64,000 bases of DNA from Podarcis filfolensis. Taxonomy: Eukaryota. The notes under the pieces were generated by a model. That model worked only from the letters and a program-made list of their open reading frames with translations, made no database searches and was not told where the DNA came from. The DNA lies in the NCBI GenBank assembly GCA_964270895.1, contig OZ185445.1; one strand, written 5' to 3'. Shown here in pieces: positions 49,171 through 62,692 of this stretch (position 1 is the stretch's first letter; each line of letters begins with the position of its first letter). Position numbers and translations under genes: made by a program.

Positions 49171-50689
49171 ATTAGAAGCCCAGTCCCATTAACTGACATT
49201 GCAAATGTTATGCATGGTCTTTCCTGTATCAATGCAATGCTATAACCTGCAACAGAAGTGGACTCTGGACGGAGTGCTGGTGCCAGAATATCAGAGCATA
49301 TCCCTATGTCCACCTGATCAATGTACCAGTGCTGTATAAGAGATGTCCTTGGGCATTTGAGGAGTGGAGAAGCATCCAAAATCTGTTCCCATCTGTGTAG
49401 AGGGGAAAGAGGACACAGAGCCTGATGCAACTACAGCCTTAGGGAAAATAAGAGAAAAATATGGCATTTTATATATGGCATTTAATTTTTAAGATAAAGG
49501 TGCCCTCCATCAAGTGTGATGTCTTATTTTATTGTATTCAAGGACAACTAGATAGGGCCTTGCAAGCTCAACAGATTTGGCACTGAGAGGGTGGATAGCG
49601 TTCTGGGTTCAGTCAGCCTTCAGTGTAGCTATATCCCTTGTGGCTTAATTTACTTCCTCCTCATAAGGCTATAATAATATCTACCCAACAAATATGCTCT
49701 TCTTTGCTCTGAATATTAATATTGGTTCTTGGTACTACCCCTTGGAAAGCATGATGGTGCCTAGGACCCAATTAAAACACACGTTCCTCAGAATATCATG
49801 CAGTGTGTGATTTTTGCCCTTATTACTTAGTCCTTTCCCTAGAGGAAGATCATACAAGATTTTAGAAATTAACTGCCTGTCGAATGAATCCCTTCCAGTC
49901 TATATTACTGGCTTTGTAATTCAGCACTAGAATAGTTGAGCCTATGAAACATTCGTGAATAACCAAAAGTAAATATTTAATTGAATGGCAGTAAGTTGCA
50001 GCGCAACTAGTGTGTAGTATAATGAAGGCAGGCAGCCTGGCAGATAGACAGACAATTTCTTCCATGATCTTTTATTACCATAATCAGCACTAGAGACTTC
50101 CCTGCCACAACTCCAAAACTTACCTAGGTAAGTTCAAGACTTTCTTTTTAAGTCACCTACCCCCCTGTTTCATTAAAAATACCTGTTCCTGCAGGAAAAC
50201 CCCTTCGTATTCCAGACTTAGTAAACTAATCATAAAGACCAGAAGGGTTTTAGGAGCAGTGTTCACCATTATGGACCAGAAGTGGCTCTTTTGTATTGTT
50301 ACAGAGGTTGTGCACCTCCCACAATCTCTGCCAAGTGGTAGGAAGATTCCAGGGAGTACCTGGTGCTTACCCTAAAGGAAAAGAGAGAGAGAGATTATAT
50401 TGAGATTTACCCAGTAAAAAGGCATTGGGTTGGATCAATACTCTAGAACTGGGGGGGGGACGACGACTCCAAAGTGGGATAAAACAAAGGGTACTCGGGT
50501 AAAGGGGTCCAAGGGTGGAGTTCTGTCCAAAAGCCTGGATGGAGGTCTGATGGGCCATATCTGAATGGCATCCTGGTGGGATTTCCTCATTAGATTTGCA
50601 TAAATAGATGGTATCCAATCAGGTTGGCTGATTCAGGATACATATCTAATGCCTATGCCAAATTCTGACTTACATCTGTAAAATAATAA

Positions 50690-50831
50690 CAATAGCAATA
50701 ACAATAATAATTTATTATTTATATCCCACGCATCTGGCTGAGTTTCCCCAGGCATTCTGGGTGGCTCCCAATCAAGTGTTAAAAACAATACAGCATTAAA
50801 TATTAAAAACTTCCCTAAACAGGGCTGCCTT
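50690..50831 (-). mobile_element. Short L2 3' end, older copy
   Basis: Reverse complement AAGGCAGCCCTGTTTAGGGAAGTTTTTAA...CTGGGGAAACTCAGCCAGATG...AATAATAAATTATT. Confidence 0.85.
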
Positions 50832-51098
50832 CAATCAATAAAGTTGTGGCCATTTTGATCCCAAGCTGGTGCCATGTCTTTCTTACTGCATACGCACTAT
50901 CAATCCCCTCCCTCAGTAATCACCGGCCCGCTGCTCTGTGGCCTACAATGAGACTTACCCAATTTATGAAAGATCACTATGATCTTACTTCTGACTTCAT
51001 TGGTTCAACTTGTAGAATACAGTGAGCTTTAACAAAATATTTTCAGCTAGCTGAAATGCAACCTTTAGAAATGCAAACAATATTGCAAAGAAGTAGTA

Positions 51099-51324
51099 CA
51101 GTGGTACCTTGGGTTAAGAACTTAATTCATTCTGGAGGTCCGTTCTTAACCTGAAACTGTTCTTAACCTGAGGTACCACTTTAGCTAATGGGGCCTCCTG
51201 CTGCCGCCACGCCACCAGGGCACGATTTCTGTTCTCATCATGAAGCAAAGTTCTAAACCTGAGGTACTATTTCTAGGTTAGTGGAGTCCGTAACCTGAAG
51301 CGTCTGTAACCCGAGGTACCACTG
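51099..51324 (+). mobile_element. Tc1/mariner MITE, 226 bp (one 16-bp subterminal unit fewer)
   Basis: TA-flanked TIRs; lacks one CTGAAGCGTATGTAAC unit relative to 56743. Confidence 0.9.
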
Positions 51325-52514
51325 TAGTATGTATGCTAGCACAATGTAGAAAGCCCATGAAAGGAAAAAAGTATCCAGCCTCTGCTTAATTATCTTCCTC
51401 ATTATCTGACTTCCTCTGTGCAACCTGCCATGAACATACTTGAAAGCCTCGTTATCACCTAATTCACTTGCCAAAACAAGGAAGGCCTGTCACTTACCCT
51501 TGTGCTCCAGCATATTATAACATCATCCCTGTCATGAAAAAAAAAAGAAAGATCTGGAGCTGCACTCCCATGTTCCCTCTCCAATCCACCACTGGGAACA
51601 CATTCCCTATATGCTCAGGCGCACTCTCTTATTTAGCAGTAGATCACATGGTCCATTGAGTTAAACCCCGATGAACCCTGGCAAAAATTCAGCTTGCATC
51701 TGTCACAGTAAGCCTTTGAATTTTGGTTAAGCACTGTTTTCCCTCACAGCCTCTTCCTCCCCAAATCCTATTAACACATTGTCTTTGCTTCTGAAAACAG
51801 TTTGAAACTAATGCACAATGCTAATAACAGTAAGAGAACATAATAGATACTAATGTTTCACAGAGGCGTTGAGCAAGAGGACTATTAGGCTCAAGTATGA
51901 ATGAAAATGATGCAGTCATGTTTAATAAGTTGTTTTAAGCAGTATCTTATTAATTTTCTGAGGAGCAGGTACAGACTATAGTGCATTTATAAAATAATTA
52001 GAAATCTACTCTAATTGTTTTTTTAATTAACAACAAAACTTTAAAAATACTTATATCCATCTCCCTATCTCCTTCTGTATTAATTTTTAGATGGGCCCAG
52101 GAGATTTTCAACTCTAAACTCCAGAGCAGAAAGGAATACGGTGGGTGCATTATTCTAATTTTACAGTGTCAGAGAGAATCCTCATATGTGTTAATTTCAC
52201 TGTTTGTTCAACCTGTTGATAAGTTCTAGCAATCTTACTGTCTTTTTTTGTGATGCAATAACTCAACTGTAAACCAAAAGTGACTCTTGATTAACTGTTA
52301 TTGTCTTTTTTAACTTACACTTTTCTCACACTGCCCACAGATCTACTTGGGGGTAGAGATTTAGTGGAGGTGAACTATTTGAACTTGGATTTCTCTTAAG
52401 ATAATGAGCGGTTTATTTGACTGCTGTAAGTATACTCTGGTGTTCCCCACTCTATAAGCCGCAGGTGGCTAACATTTGGCATTCAATATGTTGCGGGACT
52501 GTAACTCCTATCAC

Positions 52515-52694
52515 CAGTGGTGTAGCGTCGGTTGTCAGCACCCGGGGCAAGGCAAGTAATTTGCGCCCCCTAACCCGTGGATTTGCGCCCCCTAACCCGT
52601 GGATTTGCGCCCCCTAACGCATGGATTTGCCCTAACCCCAGATGTTGCGCCCGGTGCGGCCCGCCCCCCCTGCACCCCCCACGCTACGCCACTG
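52515..52694. mobile_element. hAT-type MITE, 180 bp, with an internal 22-bp tandem repeat
   Basis: TIR CAGTGG(T/C)GTAGCGT and perfect 8-bp TSD CCTATCAC (52507-52514, 52695-52702); inserted in an older palindromic MITE. Confidence 0.92.
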
Positions 52695-53224
52695 CCTATC
52701 ACCTCTGACAAGTGGCCATGCAGATTGGGGCTGATGGAAGTTGGAGTCCAGTAACATCTGGAGAGCAACAGGTTTAAGTACATGGTGGAGAACCTCTTTC
52801 CTTGAACCTAGAAACTACTACTGGAATTTCTTCTCACACTGAACAAGGTGTTTAGCCTGTTGTAGACAGGTTTGCACTTCTGCTGTGTGCAACATCAGGC
52901 TGAGTACAATCCTGTCCAAATCAGGCAAAAAATTATGGACAGTGGGAGAAGAAATTCCAGTATTATGAATCTGATCCTCTGGGGCACAAATAGGAAATCT
53001 GTGGCACTGCAGATCAGCATGGCCAATGGTCAGGAAGATGGGCATTCATTGGAAGGTGACAGGTTCATCCCCATTTTGCAGGGTTACTGTCAATATCATG
53101 TCAAGGTAATGCATGTGAAGCTGTTTGAAAGTGCTATATACATGTTGAATGTGGTGGTGGAATTTTGGAGGAGCCTATGGCCCTGCTGGGACAGCCAGTT
53201 TTCAGTTCCCCATCCCTGGTGTAG

Positions 53225-53435
53225 TGGTCAATGTGTTGCATGACATACGGGAAGAACTGGTTTCAAACTGCCACTCTTCCATGAATCTCACAGAATGACC
53301 TTGAGTGAATCACCATCTTTCAGCTTTATCCACCTCATAAAGTTGTTGTGGTGAGAACAAAATGGGAGGAAGAATGATGCATACTGCCTTAGGTACTCTG
53401 AAGGAAGTGTGGAATCAAAATGTTATAAATAAAAA
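53225..53435 (+). mobile_element. Old CORE-SINE (MIR/Squam3-like)
   Basis: ATGACCTTGAGTGAATCAC...CCACCTCATAAAGTTGTTGTG CORE-like block and A-rich end. Confidence 0.6.
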
Positions 53436-56010
53436 CAACTTAGTCCATATCTCCAGTAGCAGTTTGAGACATAAATGCTGATGTTAAAATAACAACAACT
53501 CCCTGAAATACTCACACACATATTAGACAAGTTGTCATGGAATTTTCTATGCCATACTCAGAATTCCCTGCTAATGTTTGGAATGAAAACAGTGCTTTAT
53601 TCACAATATGGAATGTATTGTGTCACTCCAGACAGTAGCAGCTTCCTTTTTTATCATTACCCTCACACGAGTGCTATTAGATCATGAAAGTAAGGTTGCC
53701 TCAAACCTTGCTTATGCTAATGTTTTTATTTACACTTTATTCGACATTTTCTGCTCTGGCAATTTATTCTGCATCTTTCTTTCCAATATTGCTTTCTTCT
53801 AGGGTCAGATTCCCATGTTGGAGCTCTTGTTAAATTAAGAGGTGTGTGGCTCTTAGAATTTTGCCTCTCTTATGTTAATAAAAGATAAGCATGTGAAAAC
53901 ATGTTAGCTCAGCGGGGAAAGGGATGTGCGATATGATGCCAGCTCTAAAGAGAAATTACTGGTGTGAGGATGGCCTATGTGAAAAGTCTTGTGGTGATGC
54001 TGATTGAAAGTGAAAATTAGTCGCCTTTTCAAGAACACACGCTATCGGTCCAGCCGTGTGTTCTGTAAAGCAGGTAAAAGTATAATCAAGGGTTGCCACA
54101 CTTCTGGAATTAAAAGAAATATTTCCACTGACAGCAAACCGGAATGTCTAAAGGGGGACAAAAGATTACCTGCCGCGTTTGCTATGCAGGTGTCCTTCAT
54201 TACTGTCTCAAGTGAAGAAAGTCATTTCAGCACAGCTTTGGCAAATAATTAGTTCACTGTTCTTCCACTAATCTGGAACACAATATTGTCAGACAAAGAA
54301 CTTCTGGTACATATTTTTAGTTTGAATGAAATTTGCAGTTTGGGAACTAACATGTTCTGAAATTATGTACCTTTTAAATGTGGAGGGAGAGGTGACCTGG
54401 TTTTTTTATTTAAACTGAGCTTTTAAAAAAAGAAATCCTTCCCCACACCCATTCAAAGTCTTTAAGTAGGATAGATTTCAGTTACCTGGTTAATTCTTTC
54501 CTGTAAGTTCATTGCCATCACTTATGGGTTAAATCAAGACAAAGGATTTTTATCACATTACTTGTGTTAATTCGCTTACCAATGCCAAGATATCTGTGCT
54601 ATCTGCAATAGTTTCTTGCAAATGGTTCCCTGTCCCAACTACAGGTGTTAATACAATCATCTCAGCAATGCCGACTAAATTATCACCAGTGATCTATTGT
54701 AAAAGGTTAAAAGGTATGTCTGCTTAGCCTACATTTACGCTCTGATTCATTTACTGTAGTTTATGCATCTCATTGCCATTCAGCTCCCACCTTATAGTTT
54801 TCTCCATTATATACTTGCCAACTTGATTTCTCTTGGTGTATTTGACAAAGTGGATTTGAGTTCACTAAAGCTTGTGCCAAAATACACATCATAATGCCTT
54901 TAAATCATGTATACAAAGAGGGGGGAAATATTAATTTCAGTTAAATTAGACCCTCGTGTTCATTTATTTTTGTTTTATCAGATTTGGAGCTACAGGGCTT
55001 TGTTTTGTTTTGCTTTTTTAAATTCCTGTTTCAGCCTTCCTCCAGCTGGGAAGGTGTGAAGGGCTTTTAAAAAGTGGTCTACAAAAGCTACTCCTCTCTC
55101 CCTGGAGACCAATTACATATGAGAGGTTGCCTGATCATTTACTGGTTTTGCCAGCAGCTCATTGTACAGTTGTCATTTTGCCACCTGATCAGTCTCCTTT
55201 CCTTGCCTGTGTTTGAAACAGGGTGTTTGAAATAGGGTGCTCCCAATCTTGGATCCATGTCAGGGCTCATGTAATGCTTTGGGCAGCACTAGGGAATAGA
55301 TTAGCATTCTGATGTTGCTATAAAGCCACATGGTCATCATTATAAGGATCCCATTAAAGATAAAGGGACCTGCTGCAGAAATACAGAGGCAGATAATGTA
55401 GCTCATGTAATTGAGTGATGGTATTAAGTGCTTTAATTGATAAAAGCCTTCAGTGGTTACTGCCATTTTTTAATAGTTAATAGGTTATCATGTTTCCTAA
55501 TTGCATTATCATTCGTTCATTTTCTGTATGTCCTTCACAACTGTGAAATGTTGAAAGAAGGGGGAAAATTAAACTATGTATTTTGTTCTGAACTGACTAG
55601 GCTCTTAAATGAGTATCTGGGACAGATGTGGTCTTGGTCTAAAAGAAGAGGGAAAGTTGCCTTCTGGAACAATCCGCAGAATTTGTAGGGTGTGAAAAAT
55701 GGCTAATTAACAAATTAGTGGACATCAGACTAAATGGGCTGAGATTACAATCTCTGCCAGAAAGGCACATATTTCTCTGCTCCAGAATTTCTGAACAAAG
55801 GGCATTTCAGAGCTCAGGGAGAGCAAATCTTGGCAGCCCAGCCTACAGTAAAAATCACATTTTATTTTTCATACATGTATTGTTTGTTTGATCCATACAT
55901 TTTGCTTTAAAAAATAAAAAGGAACATCTCTGTGGGAATAACCCCAGGATTTTAGTTACAGGATTCATAGACATTCGTGATTCTATGCTTTCATGATTTG
56001 TTTCCAAATA

Positions 56011-56231
56011 CAGTGGTACCTCAGTTTAAGAACAACCCTGTTTACGAACTATTCGGTTTACGAACTCCGCAAAACTGGAAGTAGTGTCTTGGTTTGCAAA
56101 CTTTACCTCAGTTTACGAACAGAAGCTGAATGATGGAAGGGCATCAACGGGAGGCCTCATTAGGGAAAGCACGACTCAGTTTAAGAACGGACTTCCGGAA
56201 CGGATTAAGTTCATAAACTGAGGTACCACTG
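56011..56231. mobile_element. Tc1/mariner MITE, different internal sequence
   Basis: TA-CAGTGGTACCTCAGTTTA...TAAACTGAGGTACCACTG-TA. Confidence 0.88.
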
Positions 56232-56276
56232 TACATATTGTGCAATGTGTATCCTAACTGCAGCAAATGTATATAA

Positions 56277-56279
56277 TAC

Positions 56280-56325
<46 letters not shown>
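56277..56325. repeat. (TTA)n microsatellite
   Basis: Directly visible in the sequence. Confidence 0.95.
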
Positions 56326-56330
<5 letters not shown>

Positions 56331-56333
56331 ACC

Positions 56334-56471
56334 CAGGGCTTTTTTTTTCAGGAGGAATTCACCGGAACTCAGTTCCGGCACCTCTCAGGTGGGCGCCACT
56401 GGCATTCTAAGAGATCGAGGGAAGTGTTCATGGTGAATTCCAACGCCTCTTTTTCTAGAAAAATAGCACTG
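56334..56471. mobile_element. hAT-type MITE with termini related to 8283
   Basis: CAGGGCTTTTTTTT...AAAAATAGCACTG; 8-bp flanks match at 5 of 8 positions. Confidence 0.65.
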
Positions 56472-56742
56472 ATTGCACCTAACAGAAATCTGCAATCTTC
56501 TGAGGGTGCCATGTCCATTTAGCACAGCATTAACCATACTTGTAATTCTCTATGATAAATTAACAGGTTGTAAAGGGATCTGCCACTAGACAAAACAGAT
56601 GTAAACAGATGCATTTTTAATGCCTGATATTAATTACAGAATTTGCTACCACTACAGACTCACCAGAGGTTGGGTGAGAGCAGCTTTCGTGAGTGTTAGA
56701 AAGCTTATTTGTATCATCTGGCCTGTGGGATTTAGGATTATA

Positions 56743-56984
56743 CAGTGGTACCTCAGGTTAAGTACTTAATTCGTTCTGGAGGTCCATTCTTAACCTGAAA
56801 CTGTTCTTAACCTGAAGCACCACTTTAGCTAATGGGGCCTCCTGCTGCCGCCACACCACCAGAGCATGATTTCTGTTCTCATCCTGAAGCAAAGTTCTTA
56901 ACCTGAAGCACTATTTATGGGTTAGCGGAGTCTGTAACCTGAAGCGTATGTAACCTGAAGCGTATGTAACCTGAGGTACCACTG
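56743..56984 (+). mobile_element. Tc1/mariner MITE, 242-bp subfamily
   Basis: Perfect TA-CAGTGGTACCTCAGGTTA / TAACCTGAGGTACCACTG-TA. Confidence 0.92.
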
Positions 56985-58778
56985 TACTAGGAATGGGTGG
57001 AACAACTTCAGGGAGTTTCATTTACTTGTATTCTGCTTTGTAGAATGTGTGCGGTTCTGTTGCTGTTGTTGATAAGTTGCTCAAACTTTCAGGAGGGAGC
57101 AGGCTATGCATCAAATGGAAGAAATATTAAACTAAAATATGTATCTATGTGAATACCACAATTGCACATCATCGTTCCAGCCCACCTGCCTAAGCCATTA
57201 AAATAACGTTGTAAAGCTATTATGACACCCTGTTTTGTGAAGCTGAAATGACACAGGCAGTACATTCTGTTCTAAGCACTTATGTGCTGGTACAGAAAAT
57301 CTTTCTAAGAAAAGAAAATGGCACTAAAATCAATAGGTGATGTTTACATATAAATGACATCATGACGGAGGTGTAAACATGATAAAGTACTATGTTATGT
57401 TAAAATTCTTGTTAAAGAACAACATCAATGCAACAGCACCAGATCCCCTAAACAAGGCTGTTTCTCCTGACATTTTCTGTAGTAATAGTTTGGCATAATT
57501 TTCTAGAAATTAAGTTGGATAGTTAGTTGCGCAAATGTTAGTGAGCACCTTCATTTGTAGGTGTAATTAAAATTTCCTGAAACTAGAAAGATAGTTAATT
57601 AAAAATCAGAGAGAGCAGAAAGGAAAAGGAACATTTTATTTATGCTATCGGTTACTATTCCAAAGTATTTCACGTTCATAGAATCTGGCAGTTAGCATTT
57701 AAGTGAATTAAAAGGGTACATTTTAGCTCCACACATAGCATGTTCTGAGGCCAATGATATTCATAACTGAGTCATAAGGATGCATTTAACAAATGTACTG
57801 TTTAGTAAACAGAGGGGCTGCCCCAGTTCATGAGCTTAATGGATATTCCAAGTCCCTTCTGGCTTTAATCATCAGTTTCATTTTGAATTCCCAATATCAA
57901 AATTAATTGCAGGTGTCTGCTTCCAACAAGAGTGTAGTCTTTAAATTATACATGTCAGTGCATCACTTACACCATGTCACATCCTGTTAAATTTCTTCTC
58001 ATTGTAAGTCTATATAACAAAATGTGACATTAGAGAAGTTTTAGCATATAACAGTGTACTGGTACTTTGAGTTATCACTGGATGACCAGGTTGAATAGAC
58101 ATAATTGTTGTACAAGCCCTGGATAAATGACACAAGATGGGTCTTATGGATCTCATTTGAATTTGCCCAAAACCTATTGTGGGTTTCTTTGTGTACCACA
58201 GCAGATATGGAAAATGCACTTAATAGAAACATTTGTGACATGTCTCCCCACCCCGCCCCCGGCAAAAAAACCCCACAACAACTATAAATGACATCCAAAA
58301 GTCTTGTGGCAGCTTAATTACAAAAAAAATATTATGGCATATGTTTCATGGACTGTAGTTCATAAAAGCTTATACTATAATAAACTGGCTAGTTTTAAAG
58401 TTGCCATTGTTTTCCAGACACTTTTTTCAGAGGCACTCCTCTTACTATATAAATAAGATAAAAGGATACTGGGAAGATATATAGAATGTTAACCATGGAA
58501 AACCAACAAATGGTGATAATGGATGGAGTCTTGGACCTAGATCAGAGTGTTAATTGTATCTGCTCAAACATCGAATTCCATGGGTGACCTTTGGCAGAAA
58601 CTCCCTTCTTCTTACCTGTCCTTGAGCAGGGAAGTGAGAAAGACAGCAGTGCTATAGTTATAAATTACAACGCTTGTCTCCTATTAGGGTTAAGGACGTG
58701 CACATAAATGTTAGGTAGGAGCTAACTTTGCTTGAATGGGGATAATTGACATCTTGCATCAGAATCAATGAACCTGTT

Positions 58779-59160
58779 AAGAACATAAGAGCCCTGATGG
58801 ATCAAACAAAAGGCCTATCTGGTCCAGCATCCTTTTCTTATAATGGAGAACCAAATACCTATGGAAAGTTCACAAGCAGCATTCTCTCTGTTTATGAGTT
58901 CCACCAACTGATATTCAAACGCATCCCACCTCTGACACTGAAGATAGAACATAACTGTACACTGATATCCTCCTTGAACCTTTCTGAAGTTCTGAACCCC
59001 TTTCAAAGCCATTGGTGGCCAGCACTACATTCTGTGGTTGCAAAGTCCATAATTTAACTGTGTGTTGGGTGAGGAGTACTTCCTTTTGTTCGTTCTGAAT
59101 CCTCCAACATTCACCTTCACTGGATGGCCTTATAGTCTAGTATTATGAGACAGAGAGAAA
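58779..59160 (-). mobile_element. CR1 LINE 3' fragment
   Basis: Degenerate FSLSHNTR..GHP..L.VG.FRT.KRKY..TQ..VKLW motif of CR1 ORF2, plus a TTCTTATGTTCTT-type end. Confidence 0.8.
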
Positions 59161-60874
59161 TTAAGTTCAGAAAGTAGGTTTGAAACATCAGAGCTACCCA
59201 CTGTCAACTATCCCTTGCTATTCCTATTCTTCTTCCTATGACCTCCTGGCCCTATGTGAATGTTTTGTGGCCTGAGAGCCTTCCCACTATAACCACTGGG
59301 CCTTCTCAGTTTTGTTTTGTTTTAACGTGCATACATGCACATGAACAGCTGTTTCAGTAGTTGCTACAGCAGTGGCAGCAGAAACAGGTATCAGAGGAGC
59401 ATCCAGGAGAGTAATATTTGTAACTTGATATTTAGGGTAAGTTTTCTTTCTCCCTCTGCAGAGTACCTTATCAGTGGTGGACTTTGGGCTTTTAAATTTC
59501 AGCAGCGCCCTGTGCGACACCAAAATTTGGGGCGCACACTGCCTCTCACCTTCCACTCTAAGTCATTGTTGTGGTGCCCCCTGCAATGTGTTCTCAGTTT
59601 GGCGCCCAGTGTGGGCAAACTAGTCTCACTGCCCTAAATTCGCCTCAGACCTGATGGTGGTGATGATGATTACAGAGCTACAATTCTCAGAATGGTGAAA
59701 GGGGTCTCCTGACAACTCTCAACACCCTTAACAACCTACAGTTCCCAGGATTCTTTGAGGGAAGCCCTGGCCATTTGAAGTGATATGAAACTGTTTTAAA
59801 TGTATGGTGTAGATGGATGATAACACATGAAGAGGCACCAACAATATGGTCTGAAAGCACATTAGGGCTACCAGCTTGTTGAAGACAAGCAGGTCTTGTG
59901 GGAACCAAGTGGGTTCTATGACAGAAGAAAGGCAGGATATAAATGTAAGAAACTAATAAATAAACAATTTCTAGCCTTTGCACCAATCCCCTGACACAGA
60001 TACTTTATTTTGCAGCTTTGTTTTCTAACAGAATCCATGAGCATAAAAGAAAATTAATTACCTATTGCTATTTCATTAATTTGGCTCATAATGAATCAGT
60101 TTTCTTCACTGAGTAATATATACAGGTATTTGTCTTGTTTCACAATAATGCTTGGTATGTAAGGACAAAAGTAGCAAGCTCTTTGAAAATGCACAGGCCA
60201 GATTAAAATAGTAAAGAAACAAGAAGCTATCATTTATTAGCAATTTTTGAAATTGTCAATTTATCCCATAGCAAATTAGACTGACGCGGTTTAAGGCTTT
60301 TCACCCTTTTCTGAACTTCTCTTTGAAGCTTCAAGTATTGAAAGTAGTTCAGAATCATGCAAATAATGTCTTTTTGTTCTTGGGGCTGAACTTCTCACAT
60401 AATATTCTATTACAGCAATGAAGCAATTCAAGTATAATGCTGCTGCCTACTAGCATTGAATTGATTTTAGGTTCTATCAGTATTTCCAGAGATTGCCTCA
60501 TTTCTTGGAAATTTAAATTTGGCCAAATATATTCTAGAGATATTTTTAATGCAAGGGAAGAGATGGCTAACAGTGGGGGCATGATTTTCAAACTTCTGGC
60601 ACAGCATTGAGATATGTAGAAGCTCTGGAGCCACCAAAATTCTTATTTGGATGGGAAGGAAGAACATGCATTTTAGATCCAAGCCCAAATTATGCAACAA
60701 AATCCAGTTTTTGGTTTGGGCCAAGATGCTAACTTAAAATACTCTAAACCTGGGAAACATTTAGGCATGATATGTGTCTCATTCAAGATATAGTGGCACA
60801 TCAGTAGAGCACTTTTTAAAAGTCCTTTATAGTGTCATCCTCTTTTCAGCCTGTACCAAGCTGGTTTTTAAATA

Positions 60875-61124
60875 CACTAGTACTTCAGTAGTCGAACGGA
60901 ATCCATTCCGGAAGTCCGTTCAACTTCCAAAATGTTTGGAAACCAAAGTGCGGCTTCTGATTGGCTGCAGGAAGTTCCTGCAGCCAATCATAAGCCGTGG
61001 GTGCCCTATCGGATGTTTGGCTTCCAAAAATAGTTCACAAACCGGAACACTCACTTTCGGATTTGCAGTGTTTGGGAGCCAAAATGTTCGAGAAGTAAGC
61101 TGTTTTTAAACCAAGGTACGACTA
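60875..61124. mobile_element. Older Tc1/mariner MITE
   Basis: TA-CACTAGTACTTC...CAAGGTACGACTA-TA, degenerate TIRs. Confidence 0.75.
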
Positions 61125-62432
61125 TATGTGATTTAAGGTGGATTTTAAATTTACTGCAACGATTGCAGATTTATTCCTGTTACGAACCTTACTACATGAT
61201 AGTCCCAATGTAGTGTGCATTTATGGAGCCCAGATAGTAGTCATGCTGCTCAACTGATTGACAGGGAGGTGGAGGTACCCCTCAACTTGATCAGAGTTAT
61301 CACTGATCTTCTAACCAGTTTCCATGTGTTTTACCCCAGCTGTTGGATTGGGAGAACAAACATTGGTAGCATCGATTTGCACAGGCACCTCCTCACATAG
61401 CGATGATATACACTCAGTTAGGCCCATCAATGTACATAGGTCTTCTTTGAGTAAAACTTAGTTGAATACCACCCATGGCCTCTAACTGGATTGTGAAAGT
61501 AAATTGAATTGATGGGGTATTTCTATTTCTGGAGAAGGAGATTGGTTGATTTGTATGTCATTAAAGACTTTCTGAGCATTCCACTATTGGGGGGGATACT
61601 TCCCATTGATTTCACTGTGACCTACTTCCAAACAAAAACTGAGACCCTGTGCATAACTACATATGCATAAATTCATGGTGGTGCCTCAAAGCCAGGGAAA
61701 GCCAATGTTGTGCCCTCTGGATGTTGCAGACTACAACTTCCATCAACCCCAGCCAGCACAGCCAATACTTAGGTGTGATAGAACTTGTGGCCAAAATATC
61801 TGAAGAGTGCTGCGTTGGCTTAGACTGCCTGACTAGCAGAGAGGCAACCCAAATTCAAATCTCTACTCACGTTACCTTGCGAGGGATGGAAGGAGCCATG
61901 TATATCATCCTGAGCTCCACAGAGAAAGGGTGGCATTAAAATGTCAAAAGTAAATAAGTGAAGTTAAGTTTAATTAAGTATCGCTGCACTGGATAATAGC
62001 CACTGCTCCTGATCCAGAAATTTCATGCAAGTGTGGAGTCTCATGGACAGAGACTTCTCCTTCCCTTCTGGCAGGCATTTGCCCCAAGAGAAAGTCTACA
62101 ACATTGCTTCAGTTACTATCTGTTGGATTATGCTTTGGGAGATAGTATGAAACACTGAATATTAAAGGTAGCAGACAGAAAGCCCTCAGAAAGAGACATA
62201 ACAATAATAATTAGGAGAAAGGGAAAGAAGCCATGCCATTATAAATGAAGTAAATCAGCTTTAGTGACAGAACAGGTTTATATATTGTAATGCATGGCAT
62301 TTACAAAAAAAATTCAATGCGGGGGGGAGGGGGGAGAGAGAGAAGTAAGAGAAAATTAAGTTATTCATAAAATCTTGCAAGACTCTCCACCAGACAACAT
62401 TGGCATTTTGTATTCTTCCCAGTATTTTCATT

Positions 62433-62692
62433 NNNNNNNNNNNNNNNNNNNNNNNNNNNNNNNNNNNNNNNNNNNNNNNNNNNNNNNNNNNNNNNNNNNN
62501 NNNNNNNNNNNNNNNNNNNNNNNNNNNNNNNNNNNNNNNNNNNNNNNNNNNNNNNNNNNNNNNNNNNNNNNNNNNNNNNNNNNNNNNNNNNNNNNNNNNN
62601 NNNNNNNNNNNNNNNNNNNNNNNNNNNNNNNNNNNNNNNNNNNNNNNNNNNNNNNNNNNNNNNNNNNNNNNNNNNNNNNNNNNNNNNNNNNN
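62433..62692. other. Assembly gap (260 N)
   Basis: N run. Confidence 1.

Noticed and set aside
48951-49430. 159-aa minus ORF and other 60-150 aa ORFs over SINEs and MITEs
   Set aside because: They run through non-coding repeats and have no protein motifs.
50560-50640. Octamer ATTTGCAT plus CCAAT as a promoter or LTR
   Set aside because: Isolated short motifs expected by chance in 64 kb.
59600-59620. PBS-like TGGCGCCCAGTGTGGGC
   Set aside because: It sits in a GC-rich MITE-like remnant with no upstream LTR or downstream gag.
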